Shown one piece after another: positions 27,913 to 36,581 of a stretch of 64,000 bases of DNA. Made by a program: the position numbers and the translations under genes. Within the stretch, counting starts at the first letter, position 1. Each line of letters begins with the position of its first letter. The notes under the pieces were generated by a model that saw nothing but the letters and a program-made list of their open reading frames with translations, was not told the origin of the DNA and made no database searches. Source of the stretch: Candidatus Levyibacteriota bacterium (GTDB lineage Bacteria > Patescibacteriota > Microgenomatia > Levybacterales > UBA12049); contig CP066685.1 in assembly GCA_016432345.1 (NCBI GenBank), positions 496,236 through 560,235 on the forward strand. The letters are read 5' to 3'.

Positions 27913-28338
27913 ATGAGGTCAAGATCTGCTCCAGCAAGAAGTAAGAAGCGTATTGTAAAAACAATTCTTTTTTCTGCTCTATGTTCGTTTATGTTTTTTA
28001 GCAGTGTTTCTTTATTGTACGTTGTTAAGTTTTGGCAAAAAAAAACATTTATAAGTCCGATTGCAAAAGAAACATTTGACTCAAATATTTACGATATCAA
28101 TAGTCTTCAAACTCTGCTGAAGGATAAAAATATTTCGTTTTCTTCTGTTTCGCCTTTTGATAATGCGTCTTATTTAGTGTATCTTAAAACTGGAGAGGAA
28201 GTGCTATTTTCTTCAAAAAAGCCATACGATATGCAAGTTTCCTCTTTACAACTGATTATCGCCAGGCTTACAATAGAGGGAAAGCGCTTCTCGCGTTTGG
28301 ATTTTCGGTTTGATAAGCCCGCCATAATAATTCGGTAA
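27913..28338 (+). CDS. Short FtsQ/DivIB-like bitopic protein
   Basis: 141 aa with a basic N-terminus followed by a TM helix. It occupies the position between murG and ftsA. Sequence similarity to FtsQ is not demonstrable by eye. Confidence 0.5.
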   Translation: MRSRSAPARSKKRIVKTILFSALCSFMFFSSVSLLYVVKFWQKKTFISPIAKETFDSNIYDINSLQTLLKDKNISFSSVSPFDNASYLVYLKTGEEVLFSSKKPYDMQVSSLQLIIARLTIEGKRFSRLDFRFDKPAIIIR

Positions 28339-28343
28339 AAAGT

Positions 28344-29663
28344 ATGACTGATGGAAAAATAGTTGTTGGTGTAGACATTGGTACTTCAAAGATTGTTACT
28401 CTTATTGCCAAGATAAGCAGTGACGATATTGTTCATGTTTTGGGGGTTTCCGAAATAAAATCCTCGGGAATACGAAAAGGACAAATTGTTGATATAGAAG
28501 ATGCAGTTTCTGCAATTAATGCCTCACTTGAAGCTGCAGAGCGAATGGCTGGATATTCGGTATCTAAAGTTGTTGCTTCAATTGGCGGAAGTCATATAGA
28601 AAGCCAAAATTCAAAAGGCGTTGTAGCTGTTTCAACACCCGAAGGAGAGATAACGCCATCTGATCTGCAGCGTGTGATTGATGCTGCTAGAGCGGTATCA
28701 ATTTCGTCAAGCCGTGAGATTATTCACGTGTTGCCTCGAAACTACACAGTTGATGGACAAGAGGGGATTAAGGATCCAATTGGCATGACAGGGATTAGAC
28801 TTGAAGTGGATACGCATATTATTACAGCATCGGCAACATCCATACGAAATCTGGAAAAAGCGCTCGGCGAAGTAGGTGTTGATGTTGACGCAATTGTTTT
28901 TAGCGGTTATGCCAGCAGTATTTCGGTGTTGTCGGATACAGAGAAAGAACTTGGTGTTATTTTGGCCGATATTGGCGCTGGTACAACAGATATATCAATT
29001 TACGTTGACGGATCGGTTTCGTATTCTTCGGTTTTACCAATTGGCGCGCGGCACATTACCAACGATTTAGCAATTGGATTACGCATATCGCTTGAAAGCG
29101 CCGAAAAGATAAAGCTATATCTTTCCGAAGGGCAAAAAACAAAAACCAGAATTGAATATGACGAAGAGATTGGTCCAAAAGAAAAAGAGTCTAAAGCAGA
29201 TTTTGTGGCAAAAGGAGACGAGGTAGACTTATCCCATCTAAATTTGCCGGAAGAAATTCGCAAAGTCTCAAAAAAAACTTTGATAGATGGAATTATTCGC
29301 CCTAGACTTAATGAAATTTTTACTTTTGTGGGTATCGAGTTAAAAAAGAGCGGTTTTGCCGGCCAAACACCATCTGGTATTGTGGTAACGGGTGGAGGAG
29401 CAAAAACAATTGGTATTTCAGAATCAGCAAAGCGCATGCTGGCAATGCCTGTTAGAGTTGGTTTGCCAAAAGGACTAAAAGGAATAACAGACGAAATAGA
29501 AGATCCTGCATTTTCAACAGCAGTTGGACTTATTTTATGCGGATCGAAAATAGAAGAAACATCGTCGTTGCCGTTTGGTATAACACTCCCTTCATTACCG
29601 GCTCTTCGTTTGGGGAAAATGCCCCAGAAAGTAATTTCGTTTCTTAAATCCTTCATGCCATAA
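28344..29663 (+). CDS. ftsA: Cell division protein FtsA
   Basis: It has the actin-like ATPase motifs VGVDIGTSKI and DIGAGTTDISIY, and a C-terminal amphipathic tail. Confidence 0.93.
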   Translation: MTDGKIVVGVDIGTSKIVTLIAKISSDDIVHVLGVSEIKSSGIRKGQIVDIEDAVSAINASLEAAERMAGYSVSKVVASIGGSHIESQNSKGVVAVSTPEGEITPSDLQRVIDAARAVSISSSREIIHVLPRNYTVDGQEGIKDPIGMTGIRLEVDTHIITASATSIRNLEKALGEVGVDVDAIVFSGYASSISVLSDTEKELGVILADIGAGTTDISIYVDGSVSYSSVLPIGARHITNDLAIGLRISLESAEKIKLYLSEGQKTKTRIEYDEEIGPKEKESKADFVAKGDEVDLSHLNLPEEIRKVSKKTLIDGIIRPRLNEIFTFVGIELKKSGFAGQTPSGIVVTGGGAKTIGISESAKRMLAMPVRVGLPKGLKGITDEIEDPAFSTAVGLILCGSKIEETSSLPFGITLPSLPALRLGKMPQKVISFLKSFMP

Positions 29664-29682
29664 AAACAAAATATTGGAGGTA

Positions 29683-29711
29683 TTGCAAATTTTTTTTTTA
29701 TCTGTTAGGAT
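29683..29711 (+). promoter_or_regulatory. Putative ftsZ-proximal promoter (TTGCAA-17 nt-TAGGAT)
   Basis: The hexamers lie at 29683-29688 and 29706-29711 in the 66-nt ftsA-ftsZ gap. Confidence 0.35.
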
Positions 29712-29729
29712 GGTTTCAACTTTCAAAGT

Positions 29730-30824
29730 ATGTTAATTAAACCTCAAACAGCAAACTTTGCTAAAATCCGCGTGATGGGTATTGGCGGCGGAGGAAATAA
29801 CGCCTTAAATTCTATGATTGCCCAAAGCCAAATTCAGGGAGTTGATTTTATCGCCGTTAACACCGATGCACAGGCATTATTAATGTGTCAATCTGCCACA
29901 AAACTGCAAATTGGTGATAATTTTACCAAAGGGCTTGGTTCTGGAGGCAATCCAGAAGTTGGAAGACAAGCGGCAGAGGAGTCGCAGCAAAAAATTAAAG
30001 ATATTTTAGAAGGAACAGACATGGTGTTTTTGGCTGCTGGAATGGGAGGCGGTACGGGAACAGGCGCAACGCCGATTATTGCTCAAGTTGCCAAAGAAGT
30101 TGGCGCTTTAACAATTGCCGTTGTTACAAAACCGTTTTCATTTGAAGGGACGCGTCGCATGGTAACGGCAGAAGACGGTGTCGAAGGTTTGCGTGATAAA
30201 GTTGATACATTAATTGTTATTCCTAACCAAAGGATATTGGATGTGGTGGATCGAAAACTATCGCTTTTGGAGGCGTTTAAAGTGGCGGATTCTGTGCTTA
30301 CCCAGGGCGTACAGGGAATTTCGGACCTTATTACCATGCCAGGGCTTATTAATGTAGATTTTGCCGATGTAAGAGCCATTATGACAAATGCAGGATCGGC
30401 TTTAATGGGTATTGGAGCTGGTGTTGGAGAAAACAGAGCGCAGACTGCTGCCAGAACCGCTATTTCCTCGCCGCTTTTGGAGATTTCCATGGATGGAGCG
30501 AGAGGAGTTTTATTTAATATTATTGGAGGTCCAGATCTAACCATGTCTGAAGTTGATGAGGCGGCAAAAATTATCGCAGCGGCGGCTGATCCTGATGCCA
30601 ATATTATTTTTGGCGCAACGATTGATGAATCCATGCGGGATCAACTTAAAATTACGGTGGTGGCAACAGGGTTTGACCAGACAAAACAGCGACTTAAAGA
30701 ATTTATTGTCCCAGAAAAAAAGACCGAAGAACAAAAGCCTATGGTTACTTCTTCTTCCCAAAAATCAGAAAACGACGAAGAAGACGTTTTCGAAATCCCC
30801 GCTTTTTTGAGGCAAAGGAATTAA
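29730..30824 (+). CDS. ftsZ: Cell division GTPase FtsZ
   Basis: It has the tubulin signature [17 protein letters not shown], and a C-terminal conserved peptide [11 protein letters not shown]. Confidence 0.97.
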   Translation: MLIKPQTANFAKIRVMGIGGGGNNALNSMIAQSQIQGVDFIAVNTDAQALLMCQSATKLQIGDNFTKGLGSGGNPEVGRQAAEESQQKIKDILEGTDMVFLAAGMGGGTGTGATPIIAQVAKEVGALTIAVVTKPFSFEGTRRMVTAEDGVEGLRDKVDTLIVIPNQRILDVVDRKLSLLEAFKVADSVLTQGVQGISDLITMPGLINVDFADVRAIMTNAGSALMGIGAGVGENRAQTAARTAISSPLLEISMDGARGVLFNIIGGPDLTMSEVDEAAKIIAAAADPDANIIFGATIDESMRDQLKITVVATGFDQTKQRLKEFIVPEKKTEEQKPMVTSSSQKSENDEEDVFEIPAFLRQRN

Positions 30825-30985
30825 TTATTAGTTTTTAGGTTAGACATAATCCTATATTATTTGATTTACACCTCTTTTTTTGTTATTATAGTTTCTCTTA
30901 ATAAATTATCGTGAGTTATTTTGATGCATTATGAGTATTGCAGAACAATTCTCGCTTTTTTACGTCAGCGTAATTAAATCATTTG

Positions 30986-32830
30986 TTATTGATTTGAATA
31001 GTCAATAATAAACGTTTCACAAAACTTTTTTTGAGATAAACTTTCCACATTAAAATCATGAAGAGTAAAATCAGAAGCATATCTCTTGAGGGCAAACTGG
31101 GAACAAACAGCGTCTTGGTAGATGTTATATACTGAACCAGAGTCTGAAAGCTGCACGATTGAAAGGCTTTTTTTAGGTATTTTTAGAGCATCGCAATCAT
31201 CTCCAGCATTCAAAATATAGGTTCGGCCATTTTCGAGTTGCTTAGTATGTTTGCAGTCAGTAAAAGAAATGTTTTTATACGTATAGTTGTGAGTTAAAAA
31301 TGCATTTCTAAAATATTCTGCTGTTTGTCTATTATAATTGTTTGAGTAAAAAATAAAATCCTTATAGGGGGTTTTGGGAGAATTGCTAATTATAGTTAAC
31401 GGTATATTTTTTTCTATTGCTATGGCTGCATATCGAGCTATAAGACGAGAACTAAAATTCGCGCCTTCCGACATGTAGACTGGTTGAATAAAAAAATAAA
31501 TATATAAGAAATTAGCAACTAATATCGCGTAGATAATTATGATAATAATTGTTGAAACGATAAGATATTTTTGATTTTTTGTAAAAGTTATTGTATGCCA
31601 AATTCCTATACCGATGAAAAGAATTAAAAAAGGAATATATAACGACGATCTCATTGCATAGGAAATACCAACAGTACTTACTACAGAAGGTAGAGGAGAG
31701 ATTACCAATAATGATGTTAGAAATAACCACAATTTTCTTTTATGCGCAAAGAGATAACAAAACCCAATAACAAAAAAAATATAGTCTGCCACATAGAAAT
31801 ATCCATGGTTGAATAGCGCAAACCGCAGCGTATATTCATTTTGGAAAAACAATTGGTTTGGTGAAAATGCACCAAAATACTTTGTTAGTATATTTTTTCC
31901 AGCAATGGTTATTTTGTTAATAAGAAAGTTTGTTGCGGGGTTTTGTATTGCAAGTTGTCTTGTCATATTTACTTCTGCAGCTATCTCACTGGATGAAATA
32001 AACCTTGTTTCTCCAAGTCTTGCTGAAGTGTTTTGGTTTTTTATGGAGATGAGAAACGAAAAAAATATAATAAAGCAAAAAGAAAGTAGTGTTATATATT
32101 GTTTTATATATCGTTTGTGATCTATTTCGCGCCATGTGTAAAAAGCAATAATAAAAAAATAAGGAAGAAATGTAATTTTATATGCCATATATGTGTAAAA
32201 ACCAAACGCTAATGGAATAATGGCATAGAGCTTTTTCCACCCTGACGTTTTTAGTAAAAGATACAAACTAGATATATAAAAAAATACTGCAAGTGATGCT
32301 TCGAATGCTGCCCTACCAAAAAAAATATTCCAAGGATTGAAACTTGCAAGAAGTCCAACAATAAATGCCGGTGATTTACCAACTAATTGTAACGTAATTA
32401 GAAATAATACAACCGAAAGTAAGGAATTAATAACCGCATAGAAGATATGCGCGGCAAAAAGAGAAGAGGGAAGCGGCCCAATAACAGGCGCAAGTAATGT
32501 ATATGGTAATTCTGCTTGCGCCGGTTCATCGGGTATTGGTGCAAACGAGAAGGGATTCCATTTGCCGCTTACATCGTGCCCTGTATAATATACAGCTTTT
32601 GCGTTTAGGACAAAAATCATATTGTCTTGAACAATTCCTATTGGAATTTTGTCCAGCCATATTGTTCGAACAGAAAGGGAAATAAAAAATAAAAGGAATC
32701 CAAGGAAAAGTGGTTTTGCAATTAACTTTTTTAGTATCACTGGTTTTATTTTTTCAGATTTTGCCAACAGTGTCAATAAAATTTTTGAAAAATCAGTTGC
32801 CAAAGAAACTAGCGGAGTTCGGCGAGGCAA
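30986..32830 (-). CDS. Polytopic membrane glycosyltransferase, GT39/ArnT/PMT-like (GT-C fold)
   Basis: It has about 12 TM helices over the N-terminal roughly 430 aa and a soluble C-terminal domain. The start is uncertain: the TTG at 32830 reads through an antisense ileS-derived 35-mer, and the GTG at 32740 (VILKKLIAKPLF...) is an alternative. Confidence 0.6.
   Translation of the reverse strand: MPRRTPLVSLATDFSKILLTLLAKSEKIKPVILKKLIAKPLFLGFLLFFISLSVRTIWLDKIPIGIVQDNMIFVLNAKAVYYTGHDVSGKWNPFSFAPIPDEPAQAELPYTLLAPVIGPLPSSLFAAHIFYAVINSLLSVVLFLITLQLVGKSPAFIVGLLASFNPWNIFFGRAAFEASLAVFFYISSLYLLLKTSGWKKLYAIIPLAFGFYTYMAYKITFLPYFFIIAFYTWREIDHKRYIKQYITLLSFCFIIFFSFLISIKNQNTSARLGETRFISSSEIAAEVNMTRQLAIQNPATNFLINKITIAGKNILTKYFGAFSPNQLFFQNEYTLRFALFNHGYFYVADYIFFVIGFCYLFAHKRKLWLFLTSLLVISPLPSVVSTVGISYAMRSSLYIPFLILFIGIGIWHTITFTKNQKYLIVSTIIIIIIYAILVANFLYIYFFIQPVYMSEGANFSSRLIARYAAIAIEKNIPLTIISNSPKTPYKDFIFYSNNYNRQTAEYFRNAFLTHNYTYKNISFTDCKHTKQLENGRTYILNAGDDCDALKIPKKSLSIVQLSDSGSVYNIYQDAVCSQFALKRYASDFTLHDFNVESLSQKKFCETFIIDYSNQ
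32773..32807. repeat. 35-bp direct repeat, copy 1 (ectopic copy of the ileS 5' coding segment)
   Basis: The sequence TCAATAAAATTTTTGAAAAATCAGTTGCCAAAGAA is 35/35 identical to 33838-33872. Confidence 0.95.
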
Positions 32831-32854
32831 GCCCGCATTTCTACGGCAGGGGAA

Positions 32855-33061
32855 TTAGCGTAAGAGAAGATAGCCTTCAATAAGGATGCCGCTTGCAATA
32901 AGGAGTGAAACAAGCAGTATTATTACAATAATAAAAAAAGGCACGGGGATTTTGGTGGCGTTGTATGCTCTTCGGGCAGAATAGATAACTAATCCTAAAC
33001 ATATAAGGAGCAACAGAAAAAATAGGAAGATAAATGTGTGTAACAGGATGTATTGAATCAT
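32855..33061 (-). CDS. Small two-TM membrane protein
   Basis: 68 aa with two hydrophobic helices. Its ATG overlaps the stop of the upstream gene (ATGA), which suggests co-translation. Confidence 0.55.
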   Translation of the reverse strand: MIQYILLHTFIFLFFLLLLICLGLVIYSARRAYNATKIPVPFFIIVIILLVSLLIASGILIEGYLLLR

Positions 33062-33687
33062 ACTTTGTTATGACTACCAGCTTCGATAGTGATACTTTGG
33101 ATGGCATCTTCTATTTCCTGGGCGTTTTCCGGTGTTTTAAAGAAAAATGGTTCATCACGTTCTAATTTATGAAACCGCACCGTAACATTTTCGATTCGTA
33201 AATAGTCGTAAAGCAAATTTGATGGACTTCTATCGATTTCCTGCTGGTGTATTTGTTCTAAAAAAATAACTTCGGAATAAAAACCGGAAATGCGAAAAAA
33301 CCGTTTGTGCACAATTGATTTGTTGGTAACAATATAAAATTGATAGTACCACGAAAGAAATGTATAGAGTTCGATTAACAGTATGGTCGCCATACCGGCA
33401 ATTGTCGCAATAAGCAGAAGCGTTTGTTTATTTGCAAAAAGAGATGTGAAGTTAAGTGTATTAGTTACAACTAGGAAAAAAGCGGTAAAGATAAAAATTT
33501 CAGTTAATATCCGAGCAAGCATGGAAAGTAAATATGTTACCGGATGTTCCCGTTGAGTGCAAAACACATTTTCTCCCGGAGCGCATTTTACCAGCGGGAA
33601 ATCCTGGAGTCTTTTTCCTGATTTATCAAAAAGTACATGCGAAATACTTGTTTCTTTCTTTTGTTTGAAGCTGCCAATTATATCCAT
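33058..33687 (-). CDS. Membrane protein with bacterial PH (YdbS/YdbT-like, bPH_2) domain
   Basis: 209 aa. Two central TM helices are followed by YYQFYIVTNKSIVHKRFF...IDRSPSNLLYDY, which is typical of bPH_2. A good RBS (AAGGTGGA) lies 7 nt upstream of the ATG. Confidence 0.6.
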   Translation of the reverse strand: MDIIGSFKQKKETSISHVLFDKSGKRLQDFPLVKCAPGENVFCTQREHPVTYLLSMLARILTEIFIFTAFFLVVTNTLNFTSLFANKQTLLLIATIAGMATILLIELYTFLSWYYQFYIVTNKSIVHKRFFRISGFYSEVIFLEQIHQQEIDRSPSNLLYDYLRIENVTVRFHKLERDEPFFFKTPENAQEIEDAIQSITIEAGSHNKV

Positions 33688-33767
33688 TGTTATCCACCTT
33701 GGTGGTATTATACCATTTTTCCTGTTTTGCTTGATGTGGGGTATTTTTTCGGTTACAATCTAAAGAC

Positions 33768-36581
33768 ATGTTAAAACCAGTCACCTCGCAAGTTGATTTT
33801 CCCAAACTCGAGGAAGAAATTATACAGTTTTGGAAAATCAATAAAATTTTTGAAAAATCAGTTGCCAAAGAAGCGCCAAAAGGTAATTGGACATTTTTAG
33901 ATGGGCCGCCTTTTATTACAGGGCTTCCTCATTATGGTAGTTTGCTTTCTAGTATTCCCAAAGATTTATTTCCCCGTTTTAAAACCATGCAGGGGTATAG
34001 GGTTAGACGTGTTTGGGGTTGGGATTGTCATGGTCTTCCGGCGGAAAATAAAGTGGAAAACAAATTGAGTATTACCCGCAAAAAAGATATTGAAGAAAAA
34101 ATAGGAGTTAAAAAATTTATTGACGAATGTAAATTGTATGTTAAGGATGTGTCTTCGGAATGGGAATGGTATGTAGACCACGTTGGCCGCTGGGTTGATT
34201 TTAAAAATGCCTACAAAACCATGGACTTACCATATATGGAGACAGTGATGTGGGTATTTAAACAAATGTACGACAAGGGTTATATTTACAAAGGTCTTCG
34301 GGTGTCGCTTTATTGCCCACATTGCTCAACGCCAATATCAAACTTTGAGGTTGCGATGGATGTTGATAATTATAAAGAGATAACTGATGCGGCAACAACA
34401 TATAAATTTGAGTTGCAAGATGAACTAAAGACGTTTATTCTTGCTTGGTCAACAACTCCCTGGAATAAAATTGTTACTCCTGCGTTGGCAGTTAATCCAA
34501 AATTGACTTATGTAAAAGTTAAGCAAGGTAACGAAAATTATATTTTAGCTAAAACAACTCTAAAAATACTTACTGGAGATTACAAAATTGTGGAAGAATT
34601 TAAAGGGGCAAAACTTGTGGGCATGCAGTATGTTCCGCATTACGATTATTATCCAATCGAAAAAGGCAAACAAGCATTTGTGATTATTCCTGGTGATTTT
34701 GTTACAGCAGAAGAAGGCACAGGAGTTGTAACAATTGCTGCTTATGGGGAAGAAGATTTAAAAGCCATGCAGGAAAATAATATCCATATTGAAATGCATC
34801 TGGACGAAGAAGGAACAATCAAACAAGATGTAGCACTTTTTGGCGGGATGTACTATCTTAAGGCGAATAAAGCCGTCAACGAAGATTTGGCAAAGAGGGG
34901 TTTAATTTATAAAGACGAGCAGTTGCCTCACAATGTTCCATTATGTTGGCGGTGTCATACTCGTTTGTATTATGGGCCGCAGAATGCCTGGTACGTGAAT
35001 GTGCAGAAATTAAAAAAAGAAATGAAGGAAACAAATGAGACTACTAATTGGTTTCCCAAACATTTTAAATATGGCCGATTTTTAAAAAGCTTAGAAGCAG
35101 CGCCAGATTGGTGTATTTCAAGAAGTCGTTATTGGGGATCGCCTGTGCCGGTATGGGAGTGTACATGCGGACAGCGGATAGTACCCGGTTCAATTAGAGA
35201 ATTAGAAGAATTCTCCGGTAAAAAAATTACAGATTTGCACAAACCCGAAATTGACGAAGTAATTATTAAATGTTTATCATGCGGCAAGAATGCAAAACGG
35301 GTCACCGAAGTTTTGGATAGCTGGATCGAAGCAGGTTCTGCGTCGTTTGCCGAACGCCATTTTCCTTTTAATAAAAGCGTAAAACTTACCGATTTTTTCC
35401 CACCCGATTTTATTGTGGAATATACAGGACAAATCCGCGCCTGGTTTTATGTGTTGCATGTGATTACAAATGCTTTGTATAAATCAAACGCCTACAAAAA
35501 TGTTGTGGTAACAGGAGTTATTTTAGGGACCGATGGCAGGAAGATGAGTAAAAATTACGGCAATTATCCAGATCCGAAAGAAATGCTGCAAAAATATGGC
35601 GGTGATGCACTGCGACTTTACTTAATGGGAAGTCCTGTGATGCATGGAGAAGATATCCTTATTTCTGAAGAACAATACAAACAACAAGTTAAAGGCACCA
35701 TACTTATTTTGTGGAATGTGTACAATTTTTTCGTATCAAATGCGATCGTTGACCAGTATCAAGTGTTAAGTATAAAGTATAAAGTATCAGAGAATATATT
35801 AGATCAATGGATCGTTTCATTGCTACAGAAGTTGATAAAAGAAATAACAGATGCTTTAGAAAAATACGATACTATTTTGGCTATAAAAGAAGCAGAAGGA
35901 TTTGTTGGTGATCTTTCGACTTGGTACATCAGGCGAAGTAGAGATAGGGTGGGAGCTGCGGTAGAAAATAGTAAAGATAAAAGGGCGTTTTATGAAACAA
36001 CATATTATGTGTTAACAACTCTTTGTAAACTTCTTGCGCCCATTATGCCATTTATTACAGAAGAGATGTATAAAAATTTAACAGGGGAGGAATCGGTTCA
36101 TTTATCGGATTGGCCGCGAACAGATCAAAGATTAAAGATCAAAGATCAAAGAATAGAAATCGAAATGGAGCAAGGTATACAACTTGCGTCAAAAGTGCAT
36201 GCTTTACGAAAACAGACAAATATCAAAGTTCGTATCCCTCTTAGAAAATTATCATACAAAGGACCAGAGGAACTTATAAAAGAAGTAAAGAAGGTTGTTT
36301 TGGATGAGGTGAATGTATACGAATTAGTTTATGCGGGCAAGAGTGATAATTATGAAGTTTCTGGTGATACAAGTCAAAAAAATCAGGATATCGAAGCAGG
36401 AAAAGCGCGGGATATTATTCGAAGTATTCAAGAAGAGCGAAAAAAACTTGGCACCAGCCTTGATGAATATGTTGATGTTGTTATCGAATCCTGGCCAAAA
36501 GAATTTGAAAATACAATCAAAAAGAAAGCGCTAGTTAAAACGCTTATTAAAGGTAATCAATTTAACGTTGTTAGAATATGA
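33768..36581 (+). CDS. ileS: Isoleucine--tRNA ligase (type 2, eukaryote/archaeal-like)
   Basis: The sequence shows GPPFITGLPHYG (HIGH variant), KMSKNYGN (KMSKS), a CP1 editing domain and WCISRSRYWG. It contains period-7 cassettes at 35755-35789 and 36123-36157. Confidence 0.95.
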   Translation: MLKPVTSQVDFPKLEEEIIQFWKINKIFEKSVAKEAPKGNWTFLDGPPFITGLPHYGSLLSSIPKDLFPRFKTMQGYRVRRVWGWDCHGLPAENKVENKLSITRKKDIEEKIGVKKFIDECKLYVKDVSSEWEWYVDHVGRWVDFKNAYKTMDLPYMETVMWVFKQMYDKGYIYKGLRVSLYCPHCSTPISNFEVAMDVDNYKEITDAATTYKFELQDELKTFILAWSTTPWNKIVTPALAVNPKLTYVKVKQGNENYILAKTTLKILTGDYKIVEEFKGAKLVGMQYVPHYDYYPIEKGKQAFVIIPGDFVTAEEGTGVVTIAAYGEEDLKAMQENNIHIEMHLDEEGTIKQDVALFGGMYYLKANKAVNEDLAKRGLIYKDEQLPHNVPLCWRCHTRLYYGPQNAWYVNVQKLKKEMKETNETTNWFPKHFKYGRFLKSLEAAPDWCISRSRYWGSPVPVWECTCGQRIVPGSIRELEEFSGKKITDLHKPEIDEVIIKCLSCGKNAKRVTEVLDSWIEAGSASFAERHFPFNKSVKLTDFFPPDFIVEYTGQIRAWFYVLHVITNALYKSNAYKNVVVTGVILGTDGRKMSKNYGNYPDPKEMLQKYGGDALRLYLMGSPVMHGEDILISEEQYKQQVKGTILILWNVYNFFVSNAIVDQYQVLSIKYKVSENILDQWIVSLLQKLIKEITDALEKYDTILAIKEAEGFVGDLSTWYIRRSRDRVGAAVENSKDKRAFYETTYYVLTTLCKLLAPIMPFITEEMYKNLTGEESVHLSDWPRTDQRLKIKDQRIEIEMEQGIQLASKVHALRKQTNIKVRIPLRKLSYKGPEELIKEVKKVVLDEVNVYELVYAGKSDNYEVSGDTSQKNQDIEAGKARDIIRSIQEERKKLGTSLDEYVDVVIESWPKEFENTIKKKALVKTLIKGNQFNVVRI
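33838..33872. repeat. 35-bp direct repeat, copy 2 (native ileS codons 24-35, WKINKIFEKSVAKE)
   Basis: It is identical to 32773-32807. It lies in the conserved N-terminal region of IleRS, upstream of the PPFITGLPHYG (HIGH-type) motif. Confidence 0.95.
35755..35789 (+). repeat. Degenerate period-7 array (AGTATCA AGTGTTA AGTATAA AGTATAA AGTATCA), 35 nt, in ileS
   Basis: It has five units of consensus AGTRTYA. It encodes QYQVLSIKYKVS. Confidence 0.8.
36123..36157 (+). repeat. Period-7 array (GATCAAA GATTAAA GATCAAA GATCAAA GAATAGA), about 35 nt, in ileS
   Basis: It has four clear units and one degenerate unit. It encodes DQRLKIKDQRI and shares AGATTAAAGAT(T/C)AAAGAT (17/18 nt, same reading frame, peptide RLKIKD) with the murG array. 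Confidence 0.88.

Noticed and set aside
29000-29656. 218-aa ORF on the minus strand
   Set aside because: It is antisense to ftsA, a high-confidence call. It is a typical shadow ORF.
30083-30634. 183-aa ORF on the minus strand
   Set aside because: It is antisense to ftsZ and is an Ala/Ser/Pro-rich mirror of the GC-richer ftsZ core.
30825-30985. 161-nt convergent intergenic region after ftsZ, searched for terminators or small genes
   Set aside because: There are only weak AT-rich 4-bp stems and no GC-rich hairpin followed by a T-tract. No ORF or RNA motif could be supported.
32808-32854. Relatively GC-rich 47-nt stretch (ACTAGCGGAGTTCGGCGAGGCAAGCCCGC...), considered as a small RNA or tRNA fragment
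   Set aside because: No cloverleaf or stable hairpin could be drawn; the only pairing is a 4-bp GCGG/CCGC stem. The stretch may simply be the 5' region or UTR of the GT39-like gene.
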